From Dehalococcoidia bacterium (GTDB lineage: Bacteria > Chloroflexota > Dehalococcoidia > Bin125): 64,000 bases of DNA. The position numbers and the translations under genes are program-made. Location: NCBI GenBank assembly GCA_963662615.2, contig CAXXSR010000001.1, positions 640,001 to 704,000 on the forward strand. The letters are read 5' to 3'. A model generated the notes under the pieces. That model did no database searches and was not told where the DNA came from. It was given only the letters and a program-made list of their open reading frames with translations. The stretch's first letter is position 1. Every line of letters begins with the position of its first letter. This document shows positions 1 through 9,500 of this stretch, piece after piece.

Positions 1-1
1 C

Positions 2-826
2 AGCACCACCGTGCTGGTGGTCTTCATGGCCGGCTGGGCCTCCAACAACAAGTACGCCCTCTTCGGCGCCATGCGCGTCATCGCCATGTCCATCAGCTAC
101 GAGATCCCGGCTGTCTTGGCCCTCCTCACCGTTGTCTTCTTCACCGGCACGCTCAGCGTCAACGGCATCGTCCAGTGGCAGCAGCAGAACGACGTGATCC
201 TGCTGGTGATCCTGCCCATGGCGGCGTTCACGTTTCTCTTCGCCTCCACGGCGGAGCTCAACCGCACCCCCATTGACATCTCCGAAGCCGAGTCCGAGAT
301 CGTCGCCGGCTACCACACGGAGTATTCGGGGATGCGCTTCGGGCTCTTCTACGCCGTGGAGCTGGCCAACACCCTCGCTATTTCCGCCTTCTTCGCCACG
401 TTCTTCTTGGGCGGCTGGTGGCTCTGGGGTCTGGACGAGTGGGTGCCCAGCTGGATGATCCTGCTGGCCAAGACGGGCGCCATGTACTTTGTCTTCATCT
501 GGCTCCGGGGCACGCTGCCGCGCTTCCGCATTGACCAGCTGATGAGCTTCTGCTGGAAGTTCCTGGTCCCCGTGGGGCTTCTCTTTGTGGCCGTGGCGGC
601 GGTGGAGAGGACCCTCCTCATTGAGGAGGTGTGGGATGCCACCGCGGCGCTGCCGGTCTACGCCGTGGTCAACATCGCGCTCACCGCGGCGACCGTCGCT
701 GTCTACGCGCGCCTCAGCGGCACGCCGGCGCAGCGCTTGCCCTCATCCCCAATCATGGCCCAAGGACGCCTGGGCGGCCTGCGGGCAGCGCGAGAACTCG
801 CGCAACCCCTGGGAGGCGGCGACTAA
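2..826 (+). CDS. nuoH: NADH-quinone oxidoreductase subunit H (5' end outside window)
   Basis: Motifs GWASNNKYALFGAMR, AELNRTPIDISEAESEIVAGYHTEYSGMRF, RGTLPRFRIDQLM. Confidence 0.97.
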   Translation, partial: STTVLVVFMAGWASNNKYALFGAMRVIAMSISYEIPAVLALLTVVFFTGTLSVNGIVQWQQQNDVILLVILPMAAFTFLFASTAELNRTPIDISEAESEIVAGYHTEYSGMRFGLFYAVELANTLAISAFFATFFLGGWWLWGLDEWVPSWMILLAKTGAMYFVFIWLRGTLPRFRIDQLMSFCWKFLVPVGLLFVAVAAVERTLLIEEVWDATAALPVYAVVNIALTAATVAVYARLSGTPAQRLPSSPIMAQGRLGGLRAARELAQPLGGGD

Positions 827-866
827 CCCTGCCGGCGCGGCTCGCGCGCCGCTACGGAGCACGGCC

Positions 867-1526
867 TTGGATAGCGTTGGCTTTCATCTCGCTTTTTGGT
901 CGCTGGCCGCCATCACCGTCGGCGGCGCCCTCATGGTGATCGTCAGCCGCAACCTCATCCACGCCGTCATCTACCTCATCCTCTCCTTCATTGGCGTGGC
1001 CGGGCTCTTCCTCACGCTCTCCGCCGACTTCCTCGCGCTGGTCCAAATCCTCATCTACGTGGGCGCCATCGCCGTGCTCATGCTCTTCGCCATCCTCCTC
1101 ACGCCGCATGCCATCCGCGACAATGCGGAGACGCCCATGCGCTACCCCGCGGCCATCCTCATGGGCCTGGTCATCGCTGCGGGCGCCTTTGTCGCGCTCG
1201 AAACCGACTGGGGCGCCATGCGCGACGAGGCCATCCCCGCCCAGGCCCGCGTCATTGGCGAGTCGCTGATCAACCACTACGTGCTGCCCTTCGAGATCGG
1301 CGCCGTCCTGCTCACGGCCGCGCTCGTGGGCGCGATCGCCTTGGCCCGCGAGGATGAGGAGGACGTCCCCATCCATCGCGACAGCCTCGCGCAGGAGAGC
1401 CTCGCGCAGGAGGCGCCGGGCGGCCTCCCTGAAGCTGCGGTGGCCGTCGCCCCGCCCGCGTCCGGTCCCGCCGCCGGCCCCTCGTCTCCCAGCGCGGGAG
1501 GCCCCAGCGCAGGAGGCGGCGCGTGA
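867..1526 (+). CDS. nuoJ: NADH-quinone oxidoreductase subunit J, with low-complexity C-terminal tail
   Basis: TTG at 867 after GGAG; RNLIHA, QILIYVGAIAVLMLF, YVLPFEI motifs. Confidence 0.93.
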   Translation: MDSVGFHLAFWSLAAITVGGALMVIVSRNLIHAVIYLILSFIGVAGLFLTLSADFLALVQILIYVGAIAVLMLFAILLTPHAIRDNAETPMRYPAAILMGLVIAAGAFVALETDWGAMRDEAIPAQARVIGESLINHYVLPFEIGAVLLTAALVGAIALAREDEEDVPIHRDSLAQESLAQEAPGGLPEAAVAVAPPASGPAAGPSSPSAGGPSAGGGA

Positions 1527-1837
1527 CCATCGCCTTGGAGGAATACCTGGTCGTTGCCGCCGTGCTCTTCGGCATCGGCCTCTATGTCGCACTGTCGAAG
1601 CGCAACGCCATTGGCGTGCTCATGGGGATCGAGCTGATGCTCAACTCCGTCAACCTCACCCTCGTGGCGTTCAGTCGCTTCTCGGAAAGCGCCGTCGCGC
1701 TCTCCACGCAGGTATTCGTGGTCTTCATCATCGCGGTGGCGGCGGCGGAAGTGGCGGTCGGCCTCGCCCTGGCGATGGTCGTCTACCGCAACCGCCACAC
1801 GGTCAGCATCGACGAGATCAACTTGATGAAGTGGTGA
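1523..1837 (+). CDS. nuoK: NADH-quinone oxidoreductase subunit K
   Basis: LMGIELMLNSVN, AVAAAEVAVGLA; overlaps nuoJ stop (GTGA). Confidence 0.97.
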   Translation: MTIALEEYLVVAAVLFGIGLYVALSKRNAIGVLMGIELMLNSVNLTLVAFSRFSESAVALSTQVFVVFIIAVAAAEVAVGLALAMVVYRNRHTVSIDEINLMKW

Positions 1838-1855
1838 CGCACGGCAGGAGCGCCA

Positions 1856-2050
1856 ATGTGGGCTGAGTTGATGCAGGTACCGAACCGCTACATCGCCGAG
1901 ACCTGGCGCGATCTCCTCCACGCCGAAGGGATCGCCGTGCGGCTCATCGTCTTCCCGGAGCGCGCCGCCGACGGCGACTTCGCCCCACGACGCCTCTACG
2001 TGCCTGACTCCAAGACGCACGTCGCCCACGAGATCCTGCGCAAGATCTGA
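1856..2050 (+). CDS. Small DUF2007-like (putative signal-transducing, PII-like fold) protein
   Basis: AGGAG RBS, ATG; pattern AE.WRDLL.AEGI...RLYVP....AHEIL; stop overlaps nuoL start (TGATG). Confidence 0.75.
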   Translation: MWAELMQVPNRYIAETWRDLLHAEGIAVRLIVFPERAADGDFAPRRLYVPDSKTHVAHEILRKI

Positions 2051-3972
2051 TGAGCGAACCCGTCCCTGAAGGCATCATCTGGCTGATCTTCTTCTTGCCC
2101 GTGGCCTCCTTCGCGGCCATCGCCCTGTGGCTGCGACGGGCCCCGCGCCTGGCCGGCCTGACCACGGTCTTCGCCATCGCCCTCGCCTTCGCGCTCTCGC
2201 TCTACACGCTGGCGGAGGTGATCGGCGAAAACGGCGTCGCCGTCGGCTTCGGGACGCACGAGCTGTTCAGCGCCGGCGGCCTCATCGTCAACGTCGGCGC
2301 CCGCATCGACGGCCTCAGCGCGGTGATGCTGGTGGTCGTCACCAGCGTCTCCCTGCTCGTCCAGGTCTACTCGCTTGCCTACATGCGCGGCGACCGCGGC
2401 TTCAGCCGTTACTTCGCCTACATGTCTCTCTTCACCGCGGCCATGCTTGGCCTCATTCTTGCCGACAACCTGATCATGCTCTTCGCCTTCTGGGAGCTGG
2501 TCGGCATCGCCTCGTACCTGCTGATCGGCTTCTGGTTCCACCGCCCGGCCGCGGCCGCCGCGGCCAAGAAGGCGTTCTTGGTCACCCGCTTCGGCGACCT
2601 GGGGCTGCTGGCGGCGGTGATTCTGATCTGGTCCCGGGCCGGCACCTTCGACATCGCCGAGATCAACAGCGACGTGGTCGCGCTGGTGGGACTCGGCCTC
2701 TTCGGCCAGACCACGCTCACGCTGTTCGCCCTCGGCCTCATCGCCGGCGCCATCGGCAAGAGCGCGCAGTTCCCCCTCCATATCTGGCTGCCCGACGCCA
2801 TGGAGGGCCCCACGCCGGTCTCCGCTCTGATCCACTCCGCCACCATGGTCGCCGCCGGCGTCTACCTGCTCGCCCGCTTCTTCCCCGTGCTGGAGGCGTC
2901 CGCATTCGCCTCCGACTTCATCGCTTGGATCGGGGCCGTGACCGCGGTCGGCGCGGCGCTGCTCGCTGTCGTGCAGACGGACATCAAACGGGTCCTGGCC
3001 TATTCCACCATCAGCCAGCTCGCCTACCTGATGTTTGCGCTTGGCATCGGCGCCTATCCCGCGGCCGTCTTCCATCTCATGACCCACGCCTTTTTCAAGC
3101 CGTTGCTGTTCCTGGGCGCCGGCTCCGTCAGTCACACGACCAACACCTTCGACATGACGAAGATGGGTGGGCTCCGCCGGGCCATGCCGCTGACCTATAT
3201 CACCTTCGTCATTGGCTCGCTGTCGTTGGCGGGCATCATCCCGCTCGCCGGCTTCTGGTCTAAAGACGAGATCCTGATCGACGCTTGGGACCACAACAAG
3301 GCCATCTTCATCTTTGGCCTGATCGCGGTGGGGCTCACCGCCTTCTACATGTTCCGCGTCATCTCGCTGACCTTCCACGGCGACTACCGCGGCGGCGAGC
3401 CGCCCGCCCCGGACGAGCACGGCGTTGATCCCTCCCATCCCCATGAATCCCCTCGCAACATGACCGTGCCCATGGCGATCCTGGCCCTGATGGCCGTCAT
3501 CGCCGGCTGGATCACGTTTGGCGGCGAGTTTCAGACCTGGGTCAACGGCGCCTTGCCACAGTTCGAGGAGGGCCATTTCGAGTGGCGCACCGGCATCTTC
3601 CTGGCCTCCACCGCCCTCGCTGTCGCCGGCATCGGGGGGGCCGTGCTGATCTATCAGCGCGGCCTGATCGACGTTGCCGCCCTGCGCGCCGCGCCGCTCG
3701 TCGCGCCCATCGACAGGCTCTTGGCGAACAAGTTCTACATGGACGTCCTGGCGGAGGAGCTCTTGGTGCGCCGCCTCTTCTACGGCGGCGGCGCGCGCCT
3801 CGCCGCCGTCTTCGACGTCCAAGTCATCGACGCCACCGTCAACGGCGTCTGGCGCGCGACCTTCAACCTCGGCCGTTGGGGCCGCTTGGCGCAAAACGGA
3901 CAGGTGCAGACCGCAGCGGCGGGCCTGTTCGTGGGCGCGGCTGTCATCTGGGGCGTGGTGGTGATCTTCTAG
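2050..3972 (+). CDS. nuoL: NADH-quinone oxidoreductase subunit L
   Basis: GKSAQFPLHIWLPDAMEGPTPVSALIHSATMV, AYSTISQL, FHLMTHAFFK. Confidence 0.98.
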   Translation: MSEPVPEGIIWLIFFLPVASFAAIALWLRRAPRLAGLTTVFAIALAFALSLYTLAEVIGENGVAVGFGTHELFSAGGLIVNVGARIDGLSAVMLVVVTSVSLLVQVYSLAYMRGDRGFSRYFAYMSLFTAAMLGLILADNLIMLFAFWELVGIASYLLIGFWFHRPAAAAAAKKAFLVTRFGDLGLLAAVILIWSRAGTFDIAEINSDVVALVGLGLFGQTTLTLFALGLIAGAIGKSAQFPLHIWLPDAMEGPTPVSALIHSATMVAAGVYLLARFFPVLEASAFASDFIAWIGAVTAVGAALLAVVQTDIKRVLAYSTISQLAYLMFALGIGAYPAAVFHLMTHAFFKPLLFLGAGSVSHTTNTFDMTKMGGLRRAMPLTYITFVIGSLSLAGIIPLAGFWSKDEILIDAWDHNKAIFIFGLIAVGLTAFYMFRVISLTFHGDYRGGEPPAPDEHGVDPSHPHESPRNMTVPMAILALMAVIAGWITFGGEFQTWVNGALPQFEEGHFEWRTGIFLASTALAVAGIGGAVLIYQRGLIDVAALRAAPLVAPIDRLLANKFYMDVLAEELLVRRLFYGGGARLAAVFDVQVIDATVNGVWRATFNLGRWGRLAQNGQVQTAAAGLFVGAAVIWGVVVIF

Positions 3973-4014
3973 CGGCGCAATGCGTAGCGGCGCATTGCGT
4001 AACGGCGCGATGCG
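3970..4014. repeat. 3 x 15 bp tandem repeat beginning at the nuoL stop codon
   Basis: tagcggcgcaatgcg / tagcggcgcattgcg / taacggcgcgatgcg. Confidence 0.9.
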
Positions 4015-4029
4015 CCAAGGACGGGACTT

Positions 4030-5628
4030 GTGAACGGCGACGGCTTCCCCATCCTCTCCCTCCTGGTCTTCCTGCCCACGGCGGGGGCCCTGCTGATCGC
4101 CCTTCTGCCCAGCGAGCGCGTCCCCACGCACGCCCTCCTCGGCGCCCTGCCGGGCAACGAAGCGCAGCGCGCGCGCTGGCTCGCTCTGCTCATCGCCCTT
4201 GCCTCGCTGGGCATCTCCCTCGGCCTCTTCATCGATTTCGACCGCAGCGCCGGTGGCGCCGCCTTCCAGTACACGGACACGTTCACCTGGATCAAAGCCG
4301 ACGACGTCGGCTTCACGGTGACGTACGCCTTTGGCGTGGACGGGCTTTCCCTGCCCCTGGTCCTCCTCACCAGTCTGCTCACCACCGTCGCCGTCTTGAT
4401 CTCCTGGCGCATTGACCTGCGCCCCAAGGAGTACTTCGCCTGGCTGCTGATTCTGGAAACGGCGGTGCTGGGCGTCTTCACCTCGCTGGACCTGCTCTTC
4501 TTCTTCCTTTTCTGGGAGTTGGAGCTGATCCCCATGTTCCTGCTCATCAGCATCTGGGGCAGCGGCGATCGCAACTATTCGGCGATGAAGTTCGTCCTCT
4601 ACACGGTCTTCGGGTCGGCCTTCATGCTGGTCGGCTTCCTCGCCATGGGCGCCGCCGCCAGCACTTTCGACATGCGCGAGATCCGCGAGGCCGACCTGGC
4701 CGACGCCTTCCTGCCCGTGCAGGCCATCTTCGCCTTCGTGCTCATCGCCTTCGCCGTCAAGCTTCCGGTGGTGCCGTTTCACACCTGGCTCCCCGACGCC
4801 CACAGCGACGCGCCCACCGCCGTCTCCGTCATTCTGGCCGGTGTGCTCCTGAAGATGGGCGGCTACGGCATCCTCCGACTCCTCTTCACCATCATGCCTG
4901 AGGTCGGCGCGGACGCCAGTCTCTCCCTGGCCATCCTCGCCGTCGTCTCCATCCTCTATGGCGCCCTCGTCACGATCCGCCAGACCGATCTCAAGCGGCT
5001 GGTCGCCTACTCTTCCGTCTCGCACATGGGCTTCGTGCTTCTCGGCGTCTCCGCCCTCGGCGTCACCGGCCTCTCCGGCGCGGCCATGCAGCTCGTCGCG
5101 CACGGCCTCATCACCGGCCTTCTCTTCGTCATGGTCGGCCTGGTCTACGACCGTACCCACACCCGCGAGATCGCGGACATGCGGGGACTGGTGCACCACA
5201 TGCCGATCATTGGCGCCGTCATGATCTTCGCCGGCCTCGCCAGTCTCGGCCTGCCGGCGCTGGCCGGCTTCGTCGCCGAGATCACCGTCTTCCTCGGCGC
5301 CTTCTCCCGCCATGAGGTGCCCACGGCGCTCGCGCTGGTGGGGGTGCTGCTGGCCGCCGGCTACATGCTCTGGGTCCTGCAGCGTTCGTTCTTCGGCCCC
5401 CGCGACGACCGCTGGGAGCACCTGGAGGACGCCAAGTCGTGGTGGGAGTACGCGCCCATGGCCGTACTCTGCGGCGCCATCATCCTGCTGGGCGTCTATC
5501 CCAAGCTGGTCATGGAGCTGTTCGAGTTGGGGACGCAGCCCATTGCCGACGGGCTCCAGTTGGTCCGGGCCGGGCTCAGCGACGGCAGCGTCGCGGCGTT
5601 GCCCGGCCTCGGGGGGGGCGGCGGCTGA
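4030..5628 (+). CDS. nuoM: NADH-quinone oxidoreductase subunit M
   Basis: FAVKLPVVPFHTWLPDAHSDAPT, LVAYSSVSHMG, LGLPALAGFVAE. Confidence 0.98.
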   Translation: MNGDGFPILSLLVFLPTAGALLIALLPSERVPTHALLGALPGNEAQRARWLALLIALASLGISLGLFIDFDRSAGGAAFQYTDTFTWIKADDVGFTVTYAFGVDGLSLPLVLLTSLLTTVAVLISWRIDLRPKEYFAWLLILETAVLGVFTSLDLLFFFLFWELELIPMFLLISIWGSGDRNYSAMKFVLYTVFGSAFMLVGFLAMGAAASTFDMREIREADLADAFLPVQAIFAFVLIAFAVKLPVVPFHTWLPDAHSDAPTAVSVILAGVLLKMGGYGILRLLFTIMPEVGADASLSLAILAVVSILYGALVTIRQTDLKRLVAYSSVSHMGFVLLGVSALGVTGLSGAAMQLVAHGLITGLLFVMVGLVYDRTHTREIADMRGLVHHMPIIGAVMIFAGLASLGLPALAGFVAEITVFLGAFSRHEVPTALALVGVLLAAGYMLWVLQRSFFGPRDDRWEHLEDAKSWWEYAPMAVLCGAIILLGVYPKLVMELFELGTQPIADGLQLVRAGLSDGSVAALPGLGGGGG

Positions 5629-7097
5629 TGCTGGGCGAAGTCAACCTGCTGGGACCGGAGCTGGTGTTGATGACCGTGGGCGGCGTCCTCCTGGTCGCCG
5701 ACCTGTTCCTGCGCGACCGCCGCCTGCTCATGGGCGTCGCCATTGCCGCTCTGCTCGGCTCCGTCCTCTACGCCACCATTCTGCTCGCCGACGGCAAAGT
5801 CGGCGGCACCGCCTTCAACGAGATCCTCGTCTTCGACGAATACGCCCTCTTCTTCCAGTTCCTCCTCGCCGGCGGGGCGCTGGCCGCCATCGGTGCCTCC
5901 TGGGAGACGCTGGGCCGCATCCCCTCGCGCCGCGGCGAGTACCTGGCCCTCATCCTCTTCAGCACCACCGGCCTCATGCTGCTGGCCGGGACCCGCGACC
6001 TCATTGGCATCTTCGTGGCGCTGGAGCTGACCAGCCTCTCCCAGTACGTGCTCATTGGCTTTCACAAGGACCGCCTGGGCAGTGAGGCAGGGTTGAAGTA
6101 CCTGCTCCTTGGCGCGATCGCGTCGGCAATTCTGCTCTACGGCATGGCCTTGCTGATCGGCCTCAGCGGCGCGACCAACCTGGGCGCCATCGCCGATTTC
6201 GTGGGTGGCGCGGGGCCCGGCCAGTTCGAGGCCCTGATCTTCGCCACCGTTTTCCTCATCGTCGGCTTCGGCTTCAAGGCGGCCATCGCCCCGTTCCAGA
6301 TGTGGGTCCCAGACGTCTATCAGGGCGGTCCCACGCCCATCGCCGCCTACCTCTCGGTGGCCTCCAAGGCCGCCGCCTTCGCCGTCCTCATCCGCGTCTT
6401 CTTCGAGGCCCTCAGCGACGACCTCCTCAGCGAGCACTGGTCCACCATCTTCGCCGTCCTCGCCACCCTCTCCATGTTCGTGGGCAACGTCATCGCCATT
6501 CAGCAGGACAACATCAAGCGCATGCTCGCCTACTCCTCGATCGCTCAGGCCGGGACGATCGTGATCGGTCTGGCCGCCATCAGCGCCGACCGCTCGGAGC
6601 TGCTGGGCGCGAGCGGCATCCTCTTCTACCTGGCCGGCTACACCGTTACCAACCTCACCGCGTTCCTCGTCGTCATCGCCATCCACAACAAGATCGGCTC
6701 CTATGCCATCGACGACTACCGCGGCCTCGGCCGTCGCGCGCCGCTGCTGGCGCTGCTGCTCGCGTTCAGCCTGATCTCCTTGACCGGCCTCCCGCCCACG
6801 GCCGGCTTCTTTGGCAAGCTCTACCTCTTCCAGACCGCCGTGCAGAGCGACCTTGCCTGGCTCGCCGTGATCGGGGTGGTCAATACCGCCATCGGCGCCG
6901 CCTATTACCTCCGCCCGATCAAGGCGATGTTCATCGACGCCCCCGCCGAGGGAGCGCCCCTGCCCGCCTCGTTCCGGCCCGGCGCCGCCCTCGGCGTCAC
7001 CTTGGCCCTGACCAGCGCCGGCATCCTCGTCATCGGCCTCGCCCCCTCACTCCTGATCGACGTGGCGGAAGAGGCCGTCCGCACCATCATGCTGTAG
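5628..7097 (+). CDS. nuoN: NADH-quinone oxidoreductase subunit N
   Basis: ATG overlapping nuoM TGA; EAGLKYLLLGA, FKAAIAPFQMWVPDVYQG, KRMLAYSSIAQAG. Confidence 0.97.
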   Translation: MLGEVNLLGPELVLMTVGGVLLVADLFLRDRRLLMGVAIAALLGSVLYATILLADGKVGGTAFNEILVFDEYALFFQFLLAGGALAAIGASWETLGRIPSRRGEYLALILFSTTGLMLLAGTRDLIGIFVALELTSLSQYVLIGFHKDRLGSEAGLKYLLLGAIASAILLYGMALLIGLSGATNLGAIADFVGGAGPGQFEALIFATVFLIVGFGFKAAIAPFQMWVPDVYQGGPTPIAAYLSVASKAAAFAVLIRVFFEALSDDLLSEHWSTIFAVLATLSMFVGNVIAIQQDNIKRMLAYSSIAQAGTIVIGLAAISADRSELLGASGILFYLAGYTVTNLTAFLVVIAIHNKIGSYAIDDYRGLGRRAPLLALLLAFSLISLTGLPPTAGFFGKLYLFQTAVQSDLAWLAVIGVVNTAIGAAYYLRPIKAMFIDAPAEGAPLPASFRPGAALGVTLALTSAGILVIGLAPSLLIDVAEEAVRTIML

Positions 7098-7132
7098 CGC
7101 GACATGCTGAAGCGCGACATGCTGAAGCGCGA
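7088..7132. repeat. 3 x 15 bp tandem repeat spanning the nuoN stop
   Basis: catgctgtagcgcga / catgctgaagcgcga / catgctgaagcgcga. Confidence 0.9.
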
Positions 7133-7178
7133 CGGCCCTGTGGTTCGACACCCAGCGCCTCGCACGAGCACGACGTCC

Positions 7179-7661
7179 ATGCCGCTCCATCACCACATCG
7201 ACATCGAGGTCCGCGCGTCGTACCGCCGCCGCGCCGACGTCGCCCTCCTCCGCGCCGCCGCGCAGTGTACGCTCGCCTCGCGGCGGCTGCGGGCGCCGCG
7301 CGGCGTCTCCATTACCGTGACCGACACCCGCACCGTGCGGCGCCTCAATCGCGACTTCCTGGGCCAGGACGAGCCCACCGATGTCCTCGCCTTCAACACG
7401 GACTTCCCCCGCCTCCGCCGGCCCGACGGCGTGCGCGAACTCGGCGCCCTCGTGATCGCCCTGCCGGTCGCGGCGCGGGGCGCACGGGATCGCGGCGTCG
7501 TGCTGGCGGACGAGCTTGCCCTGCTCGTCGTGCACGGCACGCTCCACCTGCTCGGCTTCGATCATCAGACGAGGCGGGACGATGCAGCGATGCGGGCCCT
7601 GGAGCGCGTCGCGCTTGAGCGCTTGGGACGCCCGCAGGCGGCCCGCCCCGCCGCCGGCTGA
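7179..7661 (+). CDS. ybeY: rRNA maturation endoribonuclease YbeY
   Basis: LNRDFLGQDEPTDVLAF and VHGTLHLLGFDH zinc motif; start uncertain. Confidence 0.92.
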   Translation: MPLHHHIDIEVRASYRRRADVALLRAAAQCTLASRRLRAPRGVSITVTDTRTVRRLNRDFLGQDEPTDVLAFNTDFPRLRRPDGVRELGALVIALPVAARGARDRGVVLADELALLVVHGTLHLLGFDHQTRRDDAAMRALERVALERLGRPQAARPAAG

Positions 7662-7746
7662 GCGAGATTGCCCCCCCGATCTGTTGTCGCACGCCTGTTC
7701 GAATGAGGAGGCGCTCTTCGATATACTGACGCCCGGCGTGGCCTGC

Positions 7747-7871
7747 GGCCCCGCGCCAGCCACGCGGGCCGCCTCGATGGAAGATCAATCTTTCGGGGTC
7801 CGCCATCGCTCGAGAGCATCCGGCGCGGCCCGTGGCCCCGCGCAAGCCACGCGGGCCGCCGCGATGGAGGA
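7747..7871. repeat. 38 bp direct repeat (2 copies, 87 bp period) in dnaX leader
   Basis: 7747-7784 vs 7834-7871, 35/38 identical. Confidence 0.85.
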
Positions 7872-7879
7872 AAAGAAAA

Positions 7880-9490
7880 ATGGCGGGGACGGTTCTCTAC
7901 CGCAAATGGCGGCCCCACCGCTTCGCCGACATCGTCGGCCAGGATCCCATCGTGCGGACGCTGAAGAACGCGGTGGCGCAGGACAAGGTGTCCCACGCCT
8001 ACCTTTTCTGCGGCCCTCGCGGCACCGGCAAGACCACCACCGGCCGCATCCTCGCCAAGACGATCAACTGCGAGCACGACTCCGACGGCGAGCCGATCCT
8101 CGACAGCGACAAGGCCCGCGCCTTCGATGAGGGCCGTGCCCTCGACCTCGTCGAGATCGATGCCGCCAGCAATCGCGGCATCGACAACATCCGCGACCTC
8201 CGCGACCGCGCCAACTACGTCCCTACCTCCTCCCGCTTCAAGGTCTACCTCATTGATGAGGTGCACCAGCTCACGGACGCCGCCGCGGACGCCCTTCTGA
8301 AGACGCTGGAGGAGCCGCCGCCGCACGTCGTCTTCATCCTCGCCACCTCCGATCCCGACGCCCTCAAGCCCACCGTCCTCAGCCGCTGCCAGCGCTTCGA
8401 CTTCCGCCGCGTCAGCCTGCCCGACATCGCCGGGCGGCTGCGCCAGATCGCCCATGCCGAGGGCATCACCATCCCGGACGAGGCGCTCAACCTCCTGGCC
8501 CGGGAGGCCACCGGCTCCCTCCGCGATGCCGTGAACCTCTTGGACCAAGTCTGGGCCGCCTATGGCGACGAGGTCTCGCTAGACGACGCCGTCGCGGCGC
8601 TCGGCCTCACCGCCGACAAGCGTGCGCTTGAGCTGGCCCGGGCGGCGCTCACCAAGGAGCTGCAACGGGGGCTGCAACTGATCATTGGCGTGCAAGAGGA
8701 CGCCGTGGACCTGGCCCGCTTCAACCGCCAGGTCGTGCAGCACTTGCGCCACGCCCTGCTCCTCCAGACCGGCGCTGCCGACGGCCTCGCCCTCAGCGAC
8801 GTGGAGCAGGAGGCGCTGCGGACCTTGGTGGAGGGCGTCGATTCGGCGACGACGGTCGCGGCCCTGAAGGCGTTCGCCGCCGCGGATATGCGTGGCGACC
8901 CCTACGCCTCCTTGCCCTTGGAGCTGGCTCTGGCGCAGCTCGTCTATGAGCCCGAAGCGCCCAGCACGGTGCCTGCAGGCGCCCCGGCCCCAGCGGCGCG
9001 CGACGCTGCCGCAGCAGAAGGCCGCCGCGCGCCCCCGCGACGGCGCCGGGCCCGGCCGCCGGCGCCGGGCCCGCAGCCCGCGCCCGCCGAGGCGCGTGCG
9101 CGGTCCCAGGAGGGACCGCCCGCCGTCGCCCCTCCCCCGCCCCGCGCGCGCCCTGAACCGACTCCGGACGAACAGCGTCTGCTGGACATTCGCGCCGCCC
9201 TGCGCCGCCGCCGCGAGTTGAAGCTGGACGCGGCCCTGAACAGGTCCTGCAAGATCCTCCGCGTCGAGGACGACGTCGTCACGCTCGGCTTCTTTCCTTT
9301 CGCGGTGGACTTTCACAAGGGTAAGGTGGAGGAGAAGATTGCCGTTGTCGCCGAAGCCGCCAGTGAGGTCTTCGGACGGCCCGTCACCGTGCGCTGCGAG
9401 GCGGCCGAGGACGAGCCCAAGCGCGAGAGCGCTCTGGTTGAAGCGGCGGTGAAGCAGGGCGCGCGCGTCGTCGATCGCCGCGACGGGTAG
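7880..9490 (+). CDS. dnaX: DNA polymerase III subunit gamma/tau
   Basis: LYRKWRP..F.DIVGQ, GPRGTGKTT, EIDAASNRG, IDEVH, LSRCQRFDF. Confidence 0.97.
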   Translation: MAGTVLYRKWRPHRFADIVGQDPIVRTLKNAVAQDKVSHAYLFCGPRGTGKTTTGRILAKTINCEHDSDGEPILDSDKARAFDEGRALDLVEIDAASNRGIDNIRDLRDRANYVPTSSRFKVYLIDEVHQLTDAAADALLKTLEEPPPHVVFILATSDPDALKPTVLSRCQRFDFRRVSLPDIAGRLRQIAHAEGITIPDEALNLLAREATGSLRDAVNLLDQVWAAYGDEVSLDDAVAALGLTADKRALELARAALTKELQRGLQLIIGVQEDAVDLARFNRQVVQHLRHALLLQTGAADGLALSDVEQEALRTLVEGVDSATTVAALKAFAAADMRGDPYASLPLELALAQLVYEPEAPSTVPAGAPAPAARDAAAAEGRRAPPRRRRARPPAPGPQPAPAEARARSQEGPPAVAPPPPRARPEPTPDEQRLLDIRAALRRRRELKLDAALNRSCKILRVEDDVVTLGFFPFAVDFHKGKVEEKIAVVAEAASEVFGRPVTVRCEAAEDEPKRESALVEAAVKQGARVVDRRDG

Positions 9491-9500
9491 GGGAGGTCGG

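Noticed and set aside
1996-5421. 1141 aa antisense ORF over nuoL/nuoM, and similar long shadow ORFs (18658-21252, 21641-23284, 48876-50444)
   Set aside because: Mirror frames of GC3-rich genes lack stops; no recognisable motifs.
7661-7880. SRP RNA (ffs), often found upstream of dnaX
   Set aside because: No CAGG-GRAA-AGCA domain IV signature.
7880-9490. Programmed gamma/tau frameshift in dnaX
   Set aside because: No A6G or long A/T slippery run in the coding region.
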